Assembly (NCBI GenBank): GCA_013239625.1
Contig: MU053758.1
Span: 3,225,854-3,289,853, forward strand
Direction: 5' to 3'
Length of the DNA: 64,000 bases
Source: Lama guanicoe
Lineage: Eukaryota
Shown here: in pieces, positions 20,190-31,447 of the stretch
Position numbering within the stretch: the first letter of the stretch is position 1
Layout: each line of letters begins with the position of its first letter
Notes under the pieces: generated by a model
The model's input: the letters and a program-made list of their open reading frames with translations, nothing else
Database searches by the model: none
Told to the model about the DNA's origin: nothing
Position numbers and translations under genes: made by a program

Positions 20190-20810
20190 TGAAACTGTTG
20201 GTTGACCCTCAGTTTTGAGCTGGGCAATAGCGGCCCACGATAAAGATTACTTTCTCCAGCTTTCCTTACAGCTAGCTAACTGTGGCTGTGAAATTAAGTA
20301 GCTGATGTGATTTAAGCAGGGGTATATGTGACACGTTCTAGAAACTTTATCTAAGAAGAAGCTGACACAAGTCTTTGTCCTATCTTCCCCCTTTCCTCCG
20401 TCCTGCTGAAGTGGGTGTGCTGGCTGGATATAAGGGTTGGAGCTTCATCTTGGACCATGAACCAGGAGTATACCTTGGGTACGGCAGAGGAGAAAGCTGA
20501 AAGGACTGTGGGTTCCTGAGGATGCCCTGAGGTGCAGAGCTATTATCCCAGCCCTGAACAGACTACCTCTGAATTTTAAAAAATGTATCAAATTGTACAC
20601 TTAATTTTTTTTGTTTTTTTTATTTGGAGGGGGAAGTAATTAGATCTATTTATATATTTATTTATTTTTAATGGAGGTACTGGGGATTAAACCCAGGACC
20701 TTGTGCATGCTAGGCATGGATTCTACCACTGAGCTATACCCTCTCCCCACCTCTGAATTTTTGTGTGTGAGAGAAATAAACTTCTATCTGCATAGTATCT
20801 TGTTATTTTG
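20190..20810 (+). mobile_element. MaLR (MLT1-like) LTR remnant with a nested SINE at 20578-20748
   Basis: catcttggaccatga...gagagaaataaacttctat motifs; SINE TSD ACCTCTGAATTTT at 20565 and 20749. Confidence 0.65.
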
Positions 20811-23800
20811 TTATTGTTAATTAGGACCAAACCTAATATTAAGTAATTTGTTCAGATCATTCCCAACTTTTTGCTATTATTAATAATGCTAAACATATTA
20901 TCATTTTTCTTGAAGATAGAATCCTTAAATTTATTTTGTCAGTTCTTTTTAGCCAAATTTATTGAGGTTTAATATGCATATAATTAAATTTATTTTTTAA
21001 GCACACAGTTTTATGACTTTTGACAAACCCATAGTCATGGAACCTCCACTACAATCAAGATAAAGAAAGTTCTGTTACCTAACCCACCAAATTCCCTTAT
21101 ACCCCTAGTCAACCTGTCCCCACAGCCCCAGCTCCATGAAAACACTGATCAATTCTCTACGTGTGTAGTTTTGCCTATTCTAGAATGTCATATAAATGGA
21201 ATACAGTATGTGCCCCTGAGTCTGACTTCTTCTAGCATAATTCAATTGAGATGCGTTCACGAATGAGTCAGCGCACTGGGCAATCAGAATATTCCTAGAA
21301 GCCTCCCATGGACCTCATAAATATATCCTACTATGCTCAACCCAACTTCCTCTTGACTTAGAGTGACTCTGTGTCCATATGCCTACAGTAGATCAGTTCA
21401 TGCCTACTAGTGTGCCTGGTTAATAGCATCCTTTGCTCTCAGGTGTTACATTTGGACAATACCTTATGGTCACCCTATCTTAGAAGGGTCCTTGAAATGC
21501 TTATGGATGTTTAAATGTCACCAGACCTGAGGGAAACTGATGATGGAGGGGAAATTGGAGTGGAAAGAGATAGAAAACTTAACCAATTATGGTAAAATTA
21601 TCTTAGTTTTGTAAATTTTACAAAATGGCCATATAAACATAATTCTAGGGCCCCTATTGTACTAATGAGGGGCCCTGAAGCTTATGTGTTACTAGTGTTA
21701 TGCTAAGTTCATCTCTGACAATCACCCTGCCCTTAGCTTCATCCCTCAGTTCGATCCTCCATCACACTTGGTTCCTCTAAGTCCTGAATCTCTCCTGGAT
21801 TCTGTGAGGTCAGCTGGTTCCTTGAACATGTATTTTGTTGTTGCTGTTCTTGGGGCTTCTTCCACTGTTCTGAACCAGAAAGACTTTCTCCACCCACTTT
21901 CTTTCTTCCAAATTTCTTTTTTATTCACCTGTTTCTTCTCGTATACTTAAAAAAAATCTTTGTAGTTTTATACCTTTTTCATTCTTTAAATTACATTTTA
22001 GTGAGGTATGGGAAGAGAGAAGAGCCATGTTCAGTACAGTGTGTTTTTGGAAAGAAGGTGGCAGCACTCTGCACCATGATCGGATATAGCCTCAAATTGG
22101 TCACATTCAAGAATGCGATTCTTGCGTGAGTCCCAGGGTCTCAAGGCACATGCAAAATATTGGAAACAGAGACCAGGAGGTTCTAATATAGCACAATATC
22201 ATTTGTGTCTTTCCTCTACAGTCTCTTTGCTGTCCTTGTAGGGCTGATGGAGGAAGAAACTGCCTGATTCCTTAGTTTATGTTTTACTCCAGAGTCCATG
22301 AATGCTGATGATGTTCTGTATTCTTATTGGTCCTGATTTTTCAGGGCAGTATCTTCTCAACCTATTCTACAAAATATTTGTTTGCAAGAGCCTGAAGGTG
22401 AAATGTCTAGGACATGCTCTGTTTAGCCATGGTGTCTGAATGATGAATACTGGATGAGATTTGGTAGTCAAAGATTAAGCGTGCCCAATACAAGTTTTTG
22501 GGATTTGTTAACTATTGATAACAGTTTCTCACTTTTTTATTTTTATTTTTCACTAAGATGGACTTCTTAGAAATGTGGATGAGTACTTAAGCTTTCTAGC
22601 CCTCATTTCAAGAAGTATCATTGTTAGCTAAAAATGTTTGTTTTTGACTAGTAATTTAAGCTTGTGTTAACTATAAATCTGTCTTATGTGGACAGACAAG
22701 TTTATTTATCTGAATAGGAAAGAGTAGATACAGAAAAATGGAAGTTAGATTGTTCTTGGAAAGAAGAACTCTCTTGGGAACAAGGAGTGACTAGTACTGG
22801 GGTCACAGAGAAAGAGGGTCCAACGTTGTGGTGTAAGATGATGGATTAGCCAGATGTCTTAAGAGAGCAGATGTTGTGGTTCTAGTCCTTCAATTTCTGT
22901 GAGATGTTGACTCTACTACTCAGAATGAGACAGTAACAAGGCATAATGAGGTAGTCTGTAGCCTAAGAGAGGGAGATATCTGGTGACCAGCATTTGATCA
23001 ATACGGTGACAGAGAAGGCTGGTGCTGGGGATGGGTGATGTGCAGAGAGGAAAAGACTACATTTTCACATTAGCTCCTTGTTATCATGTCATTGCTGATT
23101 ATGCACACAAGGATCTGCCGGATTATGATCCCCCTTGGATGGCAATGGAATCTTAGTGTGAAAATAGAATGTGCTTGGGTGAAATTCCTATGCTGACTTT
23201 TTTCCCTGGACATTGAGACTCTGGTCACCATGGTGGAGAAGGAGCTCGGGATTTGAATCCGGACCCCATCACAGGTCAACTGTGTAACTCTGGGGAAATT
23301 ACTTAAATTTCTTTGAATATTTATGTCCTCATATGTAAAATAACAATAATAAAAGCACCTACCTTATAAGCCTTTGTAAAAATCAAACAGGTTAATTCAT
23401 GGAAAGGAAGATTAAAGCACATTCAATAAATGTAAGATCTAGGTATTATGGTCCTGAAATTGAAGGTACTTCTAACCTAACTCCATCCACTCTACATCAC
23501 TGAAGTTATGGCTTCCATACTTGGGGCCATTCATAACATGAAGACCATGGAAAAGGTAATCTGCAGCTGTATCAACACCTCTGCGCTGAGGTCAACTACT
23601 TTATGTAGACGTAGGAAACAATAGCAATCAAGACCATCCTTGAGACTTGGAGCTGCAACCTCAATAGGTCTCAGTGCCTTGAGTTTATGTGCCATGTTTA
23701 TGGGCCACTTTGAGTTCCACAGGACGTGATACCAGTTGGTTAAAACCCTTTAGTGATGCCTTGTCATGCACATTGAAAATCTAGTTTATTGCAGAGTTCC

Positions 23801-23824
23801 CTGCCTCACCTCCCCAAATGAAAT

Positions 23825-24448
23825 TGATGCAGAAAAAACGGATGTGGGCCGTGAGGAGGGCCATGTCCCCGGCTTCGCTTGAGCCCCTGGGACGTGCCCC
23901 GCCAAGTGTGGGTCCTTGGCTGCACGCAGGAAAGAATTCAAGAGTGAGCCACAGTTGAGTAAAGGTAGATTTATTCAGAGAGATACATTAAGAAGCAAGA
24001 GAAAGGCCACGAGGTGTGGGGGTTGGGTGCTCAGAGTAAAAGTAGGTACATACTCCATAGACAGAGTGTGGGCTGTCTCCCAAGAAAGAGAGAGGGGCTG
24101 CGAGGGGGCAGTGTTGCCCATTTTTATGGCTTTGGTAGCTTCCTATGCAAATAAATGGAAGAACCAGTCTAACTAGCCTGGGGAAGGGGCTGGGATTCCC
24201 AGGAAGGTGGCCATTTCCCACTCTGACCTTTTGTGGCTAGCCTTGGGACTGTCATGGCGCCTGTAGGCCTGTTATTCACCATGCTGATATATTACAATAA
24301 GCATATAATGAAGCTCAAGGTCTACTAGAAGTTAAATCTCCCTCCATCTTGAGCCTCAAGGCCTACTGGTGGTTGAGTCTTTCACCATTTTGTTGTTAAC
24401 TGCTGTCTCATTCCTTGAATGGCTGTGCCCTGCCCCCTTCCTGTCTCA
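23825..24448 (-). mobile_element. ERV1-class solo LTR (624 bp)
   Basis: TG...CA termini, 4-bp TSD AAAT (23821-23824, 24449-24452), minus-strand AATAAA at 23970-23975. Confidence 0.8.
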
Positions 24449-24915
24449 AAATGAACCTCTAGAGCCTAGAACTTTGCTGCTTATCCAGCTCCAGTTTCAC
24501 TTGCTAAAAGAATTTGGTCAGGATATCAGGCAGAATATTGTGTGCAGGAAGATGTGAGCAAGATTGAGAACCATCCCAGGCCTGAGTAGTCCAGATCTAA
24601 ATTTGCTTAGTTACCCCATGGGAAGGGCAGAGAGATGCATGTATTATAAAATGGAAAAGCAGCTCTCCAGATTCAGATGAACAAACTAACAGTAGCTGAT
24701 CACCCCCGCAGGCTAGGCATTATAAGGTTGAACCAAACCTATTGCTCAATGGGTACAACCTTCTATTGCATTCGCGGAAGCCCAAATGCAAAGAGAACTA
24801 ATCATTTATATAGTGAACCAGGGACAGATCTGGGACCAGAGATTAGGGCCAGTGTTCCTTCCAATTTATCCCGTCATGTACTGAAGTAAATGTGACTGTA
24901 AGTGAAATACTTCAT

Positions 24916-25156
24916 TTTATTAGCATCTCCTTAGGACTGTAACATTGAGATCAACACCATGGAAATTCAGAAGCACCGGATTTAGCAAAAAATAACTTGC
25001 AACAGGAAAATGTTTTAATGAAAAGGCAAAAATGAGCTCCCCCCCCAATAAAACAAACAAAAAGTAGGGACAGAGCCAGATTTTTCCTACTCCTGAGAAG
25101 GATTACAAAGAGCATGAGAAAGAGAAGAGAAGGAAAACACATTCTAGCCTTTTATT
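24916..25156 (-). terminator. KRT26 candidate polyadenylation signals
   Basis: AATAAA (minus) at 25151-25156 and 24916-24921; which is used cannot be told from sequence. Confidence 0.5.
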
Positions 25157-25247
25157 TGTAGAAACAGAATTGAGTCATTTCGTTAGGGGTCCTTGGCCAA
25201 TGGGATTTTGCAAAGGCAGACTATAAAAAAAAAAAAATTCCTCCTCC

Positions 25248-28200
25248 TCATTTTGGGACTTTCGAAGACACTTGTTGCTCCACTGTAACGTTGCTTATTG
25301 TAGAGGATTTTTCTTCAACTGGGTGGATCCTTAGTGAAAGGACACTGCTGAGCTGGTCTAGCTCCTCCATCACTGTTTTGATAACAGTTTCTTCTTTTGA
25401 GTCTAAAAGAAAGTAGATGCAAGTTTAGTACTCATTCTTAGCAGGTTGAAGGGTGTTAAGTCACAATGGGTATAATGGGTATGCTTTTAAAAAACAGTGT
25501 TTGCAAATTTGCCATAAATTGAGATATAATACTGTGTGGGAAGTCTATGTTTAGCAAGGCCTGGGGCTATCTTGTATTTACCACTGCTTTGAGAACAATT
25601 GGTGTTTGAAAGCACAAGTGAAACACAGATTAAAACATAAGTATCAGACCAAGTAGAGGCCTGGAGCAAGTCATGTCTTCTTTTAAAAACACCCCTATTT
25701 TTGTGGTTTTAAAATATAGGAGCTCTGCCATCAAAGCACTGAAACAGGGAAAATTCTAAGTAAGAAAGATATTGGGGGAATTAATCCCTCATTTCAGTAA
25801 TTTCATAATTTGACCGCATCTGTCCTACAGGAATATGAAATACAAACATTAAGAACTCTTATAATGACCCATTATTCCTTCATTCACTACAGCTAAACTT
25901 AGAAACAGTTTTTTTTTTAAGGTTACAAATAAGTGACTTATTTAATACAATTGCTGGAGTTGAAAAGGGTTACACAAGTAAAAAACCCTTCTATACCTTT
26001 GACTTGATTTTCAGAGTTTATGGGCCCATGCCTTTTTGATGTGTAACATGTGGCCTTGCTTTTTCTGTGAAGAGAAGAGAAAATTATTGCATTTTTTTCT
26101 TTCATTAGGGAGCTCATAAATAACTTTGAATTGGTAATAAAAGTTTTGAAGTTCTAGTTTTCAGTAAGATTCAAATTTATGTTTAAGAGACATTAGTACA
26201 TTTTCATGACTTCGATCCAGTGAAAGAAGAGATTAAGTGGGTATTTATGATCATAAATTCCCTTGTGACCAGATATTAACTCATATATAGCACTCTGGGG
26301 ACTCCTAGTTCTCATTCTGACTTTTGAAGTCAATCACCTGGCCAGTGAACATGTTTGAAGTGCCTACTATGCAGAAGGTTCTAGACTAGAGGCTGGAGAA
26401 AATATAGAGTGAAGATACCAGCAGTTTACACTGCTGAAAATTAAGTGTATGCATGCAAAAAGTCATCTAGAACATGGCATGAAACGTGCTGGGAGAGAAG
26501 TGAAAAAAATGAATGATGTGGTAAGCACTTTGTCCAAAGGAGGAAGCAGTCACTATTGGGTTCTGAGAGTAGGCTGTCGAGGGCTGACACTGGCCTTGGA
26601 GGATGCATGAGATGTTACTGACTCACGGTGTGACCATGGACAAGCATTTAGTAATAGCCACTGATAACCAAGTACCTTTTGTGTGCTAGCCACTGTCACA
26701 TGCATTTTACCTCCACAGCGAGGCACTATGGTTCAGAGGAGATAAGCGTATGGTTTTGATGTTATTGTGGTTTTTACCAATAAGGAAACTGGGTTTATAG
26801 AGCTTAAACAACATGCTCAAGTTCACCCAGGGGTGTGATTCACACTCAGGGCTGTTGCTCTTGGCTAACAAGCCGTGGTGACTTCTCCAATTACATCTTC
26901 CTGTATCTTCCTTGCTCATCTTTTCAAATGTAATAACCCACTTAATACAGGGTGCATGGGTGGTAACTAGTGAAGCAATAATAGAATGTGTTATTATAAG
27001 AAATGTGCTTCAACATTAAATCACAGAAAGCAATTTGGGAGTACAGGAATTGTTCAACATTCCATATGTAAATGTTCTCTATGAATAATAGGTACAATTA
27101 CTTTATATACTTAGCAATCTGATTTTGCTGCCTATGTGCATTTCACTTGGCTGCAGTAATAAATTCCTAAGGTAAGTTCTTTAGAGTAGGAAATTCTAGG
27201 CTACAATGTTGGTATACGTGTATAGGAAGAAACCTTAGTCGATGTAAAATTGATTTTTTTCGCGTGGTGGTATTTACCTTCCTTCTCCGTCTATTAAATT
27301 GCGGTAAGTTTCAATTTCTTTTTCTAAAACTGTTTTGACATCTAGAAGCCGCTCGTACTCCAGCTTCTGGTTCTCTGTTTCCATTCGAATCTGCTGTAGT
27401 TGCTCCTCCATTGCCCTGATCTGTTCCTGGATTCGTTGGAGCTGAAGGCAGAAAGTGCCTTCCATCTCAGCCAAGGAGCATTCGTAGGAACTTTTCTGAA
27501 AGAACAAAGCCAGGCTCATGAGTAACATAAAAGACAGGTTCAGATTTTTGAAACATTCTCAAGGTGTAAAAAAACATTTGTACAAGGGCAATAGCCAGGT
27601 TTCTAACAAAAGACATTTTCTCTCCATTGAAAAGAGTTTTTTTCCCCCCTTTTTTCAAGTTTTGGGATTGGTGAGTCAACAGTGATGTTATGGACAAAAT
27701 TCTTGATAGGTAATATATCTATGTCTATGTAATACATTTTTAGTTATATGTATGTGTGTATTCACACACATTCAAGTCAATGCTGATTCCGACGAACCTT
27801 GGCCACGAAGGACTGAAGCTCTATTTCCGAGGTTTGCAGATTGCGGTTTAGTTCCATCAGCTCATTCCGGGCTGCCGCGGCCGCTCCCGCATCGTCAGAA
27901 ATCTGCTGCTGCAGCGAAGTGCTCTGAAGCATAATTGTCATAGGGTTAGTGACCCTCTCAGTGTCTTCCTAAACAAGCCCGTGATGTGTGATTTGCCACA
28001 GATGTACCTTCTTGTTAAACCAGGCCTCTGCATCTTTGCGGGTCTGCTCTGCCAAGTCCTGGTACTCGGCCCTCATGTTGTTCAACAGAACAGTCAGGTC
28101 CACCCCGGGGGCGGCGTGGATCTCCACGTTCACGTTCCCCCCGGCTGCTCGCTGCAGGGCTTTCATTTCCTGGCAAAGGGATCTGCATTATAATCAAGGT

Positions 28201-31148
28201 AGACTTTTGACTGATAGTCCCACTCTGCTATGAAAGGAGTGGTGGTTAGTATCCGCAAATCCCAAACTCCTAATGTAGCCCTCCCTGCCGTCCCTTTTGG
28301 TAACTGTAAGTTTGTTTTCTGTGTGTATGAGTCTGTTTCTCTTTTGTAAATAAGTTCATTTGTGTCATGTTTTTAGATTCCACATATAAGTGCTGTCATG
28401 AGATATTCGTCTTTCTCTGTCTGGCATACTTCACTTAGTATGATGGGGCGGGAGGGCATAGCTCAGTGGTAGAGTGTGTGCTTAGCATGCAGGAGGGCCT
28501 GGGTTCAGTCCCCAGTACCTCCATCAAAAACAAACAGATAAATAAACTTAATTACGCCCCGTCCAGAAGAAAAGATCCAAGTGTACTTAGTATGATCATC
28601 TCTAGATCCATCCATGTTGCTGCAAATGGCATGAGTTTGGGATTAACAGATACACACTACTTTATATAAAATAGGTGAACAACAAGGTCCTACTGTAGAG
28701 CACAGGGAACTATATATGCGATATCTTGTAATAACCTATAATGAAAAAGAATATGGAAAGGAATATATATGTATATGTATGTATAACTGAATCACTATGC
28801 TGTTCACCAGAAACGAACACATCATTGGGAATCAACTATACTTAAAAAAACAAAAGGAGCAGTAGACTTGAGGAAGGAAATTGGGTATCATACAGAGTTA
28901 CTCCGCAGGGTTCCTTACCTCCTCATGATTTTTTTTGAGGTACATCAACTCCTCACTGAGTGCGTCACACTGTATCTCCAGGTGGGTCGTGCAAAGGGTC
29001 AGCTCATCCATAACTTGATGAAGACCGTGGATGTCAGCCTCAACACTCTGATGCAGAGCAAGCTCATTTTCAAACCTGGAAGGTTGTTAAAGTGCTTGAG
29101 AATGATAATCGTAGGCGGTCCAAAGCGTAACTTTTTCAGACATCTCATGTACTGAAAGATACGACGTTCAGTACACACTCCTGAAGCTTCTGGTGACAGC
29201 AAAGTGATGAAACCCTTTGGGATACCCACTGATGTATGAATATTATTTGGGAGGAGTTGTTTCTTCAGAGTTGATTTTTGGCGTCCAATGTGCTTAACAG
29301 TTGAATAAAAATATTGTTTAAAATTTGTGACAGCTTTTTATCAGGGCATATTTAATTTAATTTCTTCAGTGATCTAGTCTGACTTTAGAAAAACACGTTG
29401 GTTTTTAAAGTGAAATCTATGTTCTTTACTCCAACTGTAGTATTTTTACCTAGATTATAATTAATTACTTTATGTTTACCTACTTCAGCCGGAAGTCATC
29501 AGCAGTCAGTCTGGCACTGTCGTTTTGTAGAACAATACTGGCATTACAGGTGGTCACAGAAATAATCTAAACAGGGTAGATTGTGCAAAATGTTAAGTCT
29601 CAAACGTCAAAGGAGACTCCAGATTTAAGTGTGATTCTTCTTCTTTTGTTTTATTAGGACAGATACTGCATTTGAAACATTCTTACTGCTTTCCCATAAT
29701 TCTTACTTATTTATTTATTCACTTTTAAAAACTGAATTATAATCAGTTTACAATATTATCAGTGTCAATTTCCACTGTAGAGCACAATTTTTCAGTTATA
29801 CGTGAACATACATATATATTCATTGTCACATTCTTTTTTGCTATGAGCTACCACAAGATCTTGTATATATTTCCCTGTGCTATACAGTATAGTCTTGTTT
29901 ATCTATTCTGCATATGCCTGTCAGTATCTACAAATTTTGAACTCCCAGTCTGTCCCTTCCCACCCCACCCTCCTGGCAACCACAAGTTTGTATTCTATGT
30001 CTATGAGTCTGTTTCTGTTTTGTATTTATGTTCATTTTATTTTTTCAGATTCCACGTTTGCGTGATCTTGTATGGTATTTTTCTTTCTTTTTCTGGCTTA
30101 CTTCACTTAGAATGGCATTCTCCATGGACATCCATGTTCCTGCAATTGGCGTTATGTTGTCATTTTTATGGCTGAATAGTATTCCATTGTATAAATATAC
30201 CAAGTGTGATTCTTCTTAACTCATCAAGCATCTATTTTAGTGTCATCTTTTCTACATTAGAGGAATCTGGATTTTCTTCTGAGCTTAAGAGCTGAAGTGT
30301 AAGTTTTTCTAATCATGGACACCTTTATTTACTCTTAAAAAAATTCTTCCTCTTCTTTTTTTTTCAATAGAAGTACTGGGGATTGAACCCAGGACCATAT
30401 GCATGCTAAGCATGGACTTTACCACTGAGCTATACCCTCCTCCGACTTTTATTACTCTTGATCAAAAAGTCTGAGTTAGATATAAGATCAGTGAAGCAAT
30501 TCTACTTGGAAACAATTTCTCTTTCACTAATGAAGTCTACAAAATCTTATTGCCAGGCGGTGTGCTAAGCACTGGGAGTGTAGAGTGAGCAAATTCCACA
30601 TCACATAAATTTGCCGAGCACATTTTCTATTTTGTCTTTTTTTTAAGGTTATACACACCCAAAGTTTGTTGTAAAAGTGTATTTCTTACCTGCCTTTTAA
30701 GATCTTCAATGACTGAGAAATATCTACTGTAGTCATGATCAAGTCCTCGGCAAGAACCAGGCCCATATTTCTCATACCAGCCCTTGATTTTCTGCTCCAG
30801 GTCATCGTTGGCCTCCTCCAGGGCGCGCACATGGCCCAGGTAGGATGCCAGCCGGTCATTGAGGTTCTGCATGGTCACCTTCTCATTTCCGGAGAGCAGG
30901 CCATGCTCATTTCCAAGAAAACCAGCACAGACACCACTGGACAACCCTCCACCACCGGCCAACCCTCCACCACCATTACATAAACCTCCTTCGGAAGAAA
31001 CGCTCCCAAGAGTACAAGAAAAGCTGCTGCCTACTCCTGACCCACTGCATACGTTCCCAGCCCCCAAGCCTGTTCTTCCACCAGAGGACCGAGCAGCCCT
31101 GGCTTGAGAGCAGAGCTGCTTGGATCCACCAGAAAGCTGAAAAGACAT
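25248..31148 (-). CDS. KRT26: Keratin, type I cytoskeletal 26, 8 exons, 475 aa
   Basis: Exons: 31148-30690, 29566-29484, 29075-28919, 28169-28008, 27923-27798, 27495-27278, 26064-25997, 25402-25248 (1428 nt), open frame, GT-AG. Head [14 protein letters not shown], exon 6 [10 protein letters not shown], tail KSKATCY...[14 protein letters not shown]...SKVPK*; lies between KRT25 and KRT27. Confidence 0.93.
28245..28852. mobile_element. 5'-inverted L1 3' fragment with a nested SINE (28445-28584) in KRT26 intron 3
   Basis: Minus arm about 28245-28631, plus arm 28632-28852 ending in an A-tail; SINE TSD ACTTAGTATGAT at 28433-28444 and 28585-28596. Confidence 0.85.
29643..30201 (-). mobile_element. 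5'-truncated L1 in KRT26 intron 1
   Basis: 16-bp TSD AAGTGTGATTCTTCTT at 29627-29642 and 30202-30217. Confidence 0.88.
30336..30447 (-). mobile_element. Vic-1-like SINE
   Basis: tRNA-like head; TSD TTTATTACTCTT. Confidence 0.85.
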
Positions 31149-31230
31149 GGAGACAGCACAGCCCAGTGACCCTTTCTCAGAGAGGAGCAGAGCTGAGGTA
31201 CCCCATCCATGGACATTAGCTCCATTGGCC

Positions 31231-31447
31231 TTTTATACGATTCAGTAGCTCATTGCAGTCTTAACCGTGCCAGTCTCTAATAAAATATTACTTGCATGCT
31301 AATTGTTGTTTTTCATAATTGGGTGATTTTTAATAGTGTCCAGTTTGTAGGTAGAAAGCTGCCCTAAGGATGTCTGTGTTTATGGAAAAGGTGCAGGTGG
31401 AGTAACACTAAATCATAGTTTCAAAAATCAAAATTAAATATGAGTAA
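31231..31447 (-). promoter_or_regulatory. KRT26 proximal promoter
   Basis: TATAAAA 31231-31237; CATAATTGGGTGATTTT 31314-31330; TGAGTAA 31441-31447. Confidence 0.7.

Noticed and set aside
28445..28523. tRNA-Ala-like sequence as a real tRNA gene
   Set aside because: It has an AT-rich tail and TSD, many diverged copies and no proper acceptor stem, so it is a SINE.
28929..28936. Possible homopolymer frameshift in KRT26 exon 3
   Set aside because: The run is 8 nt and the exon is exactly 157 nt, so the frame is intact.
31204..31225. Upstream ATG cluster as a KRT26 uORF
   Set aside because: The ATGs sit within about 30 nt of the TATA box, at or before the expected start site; unsupported without TSS data.
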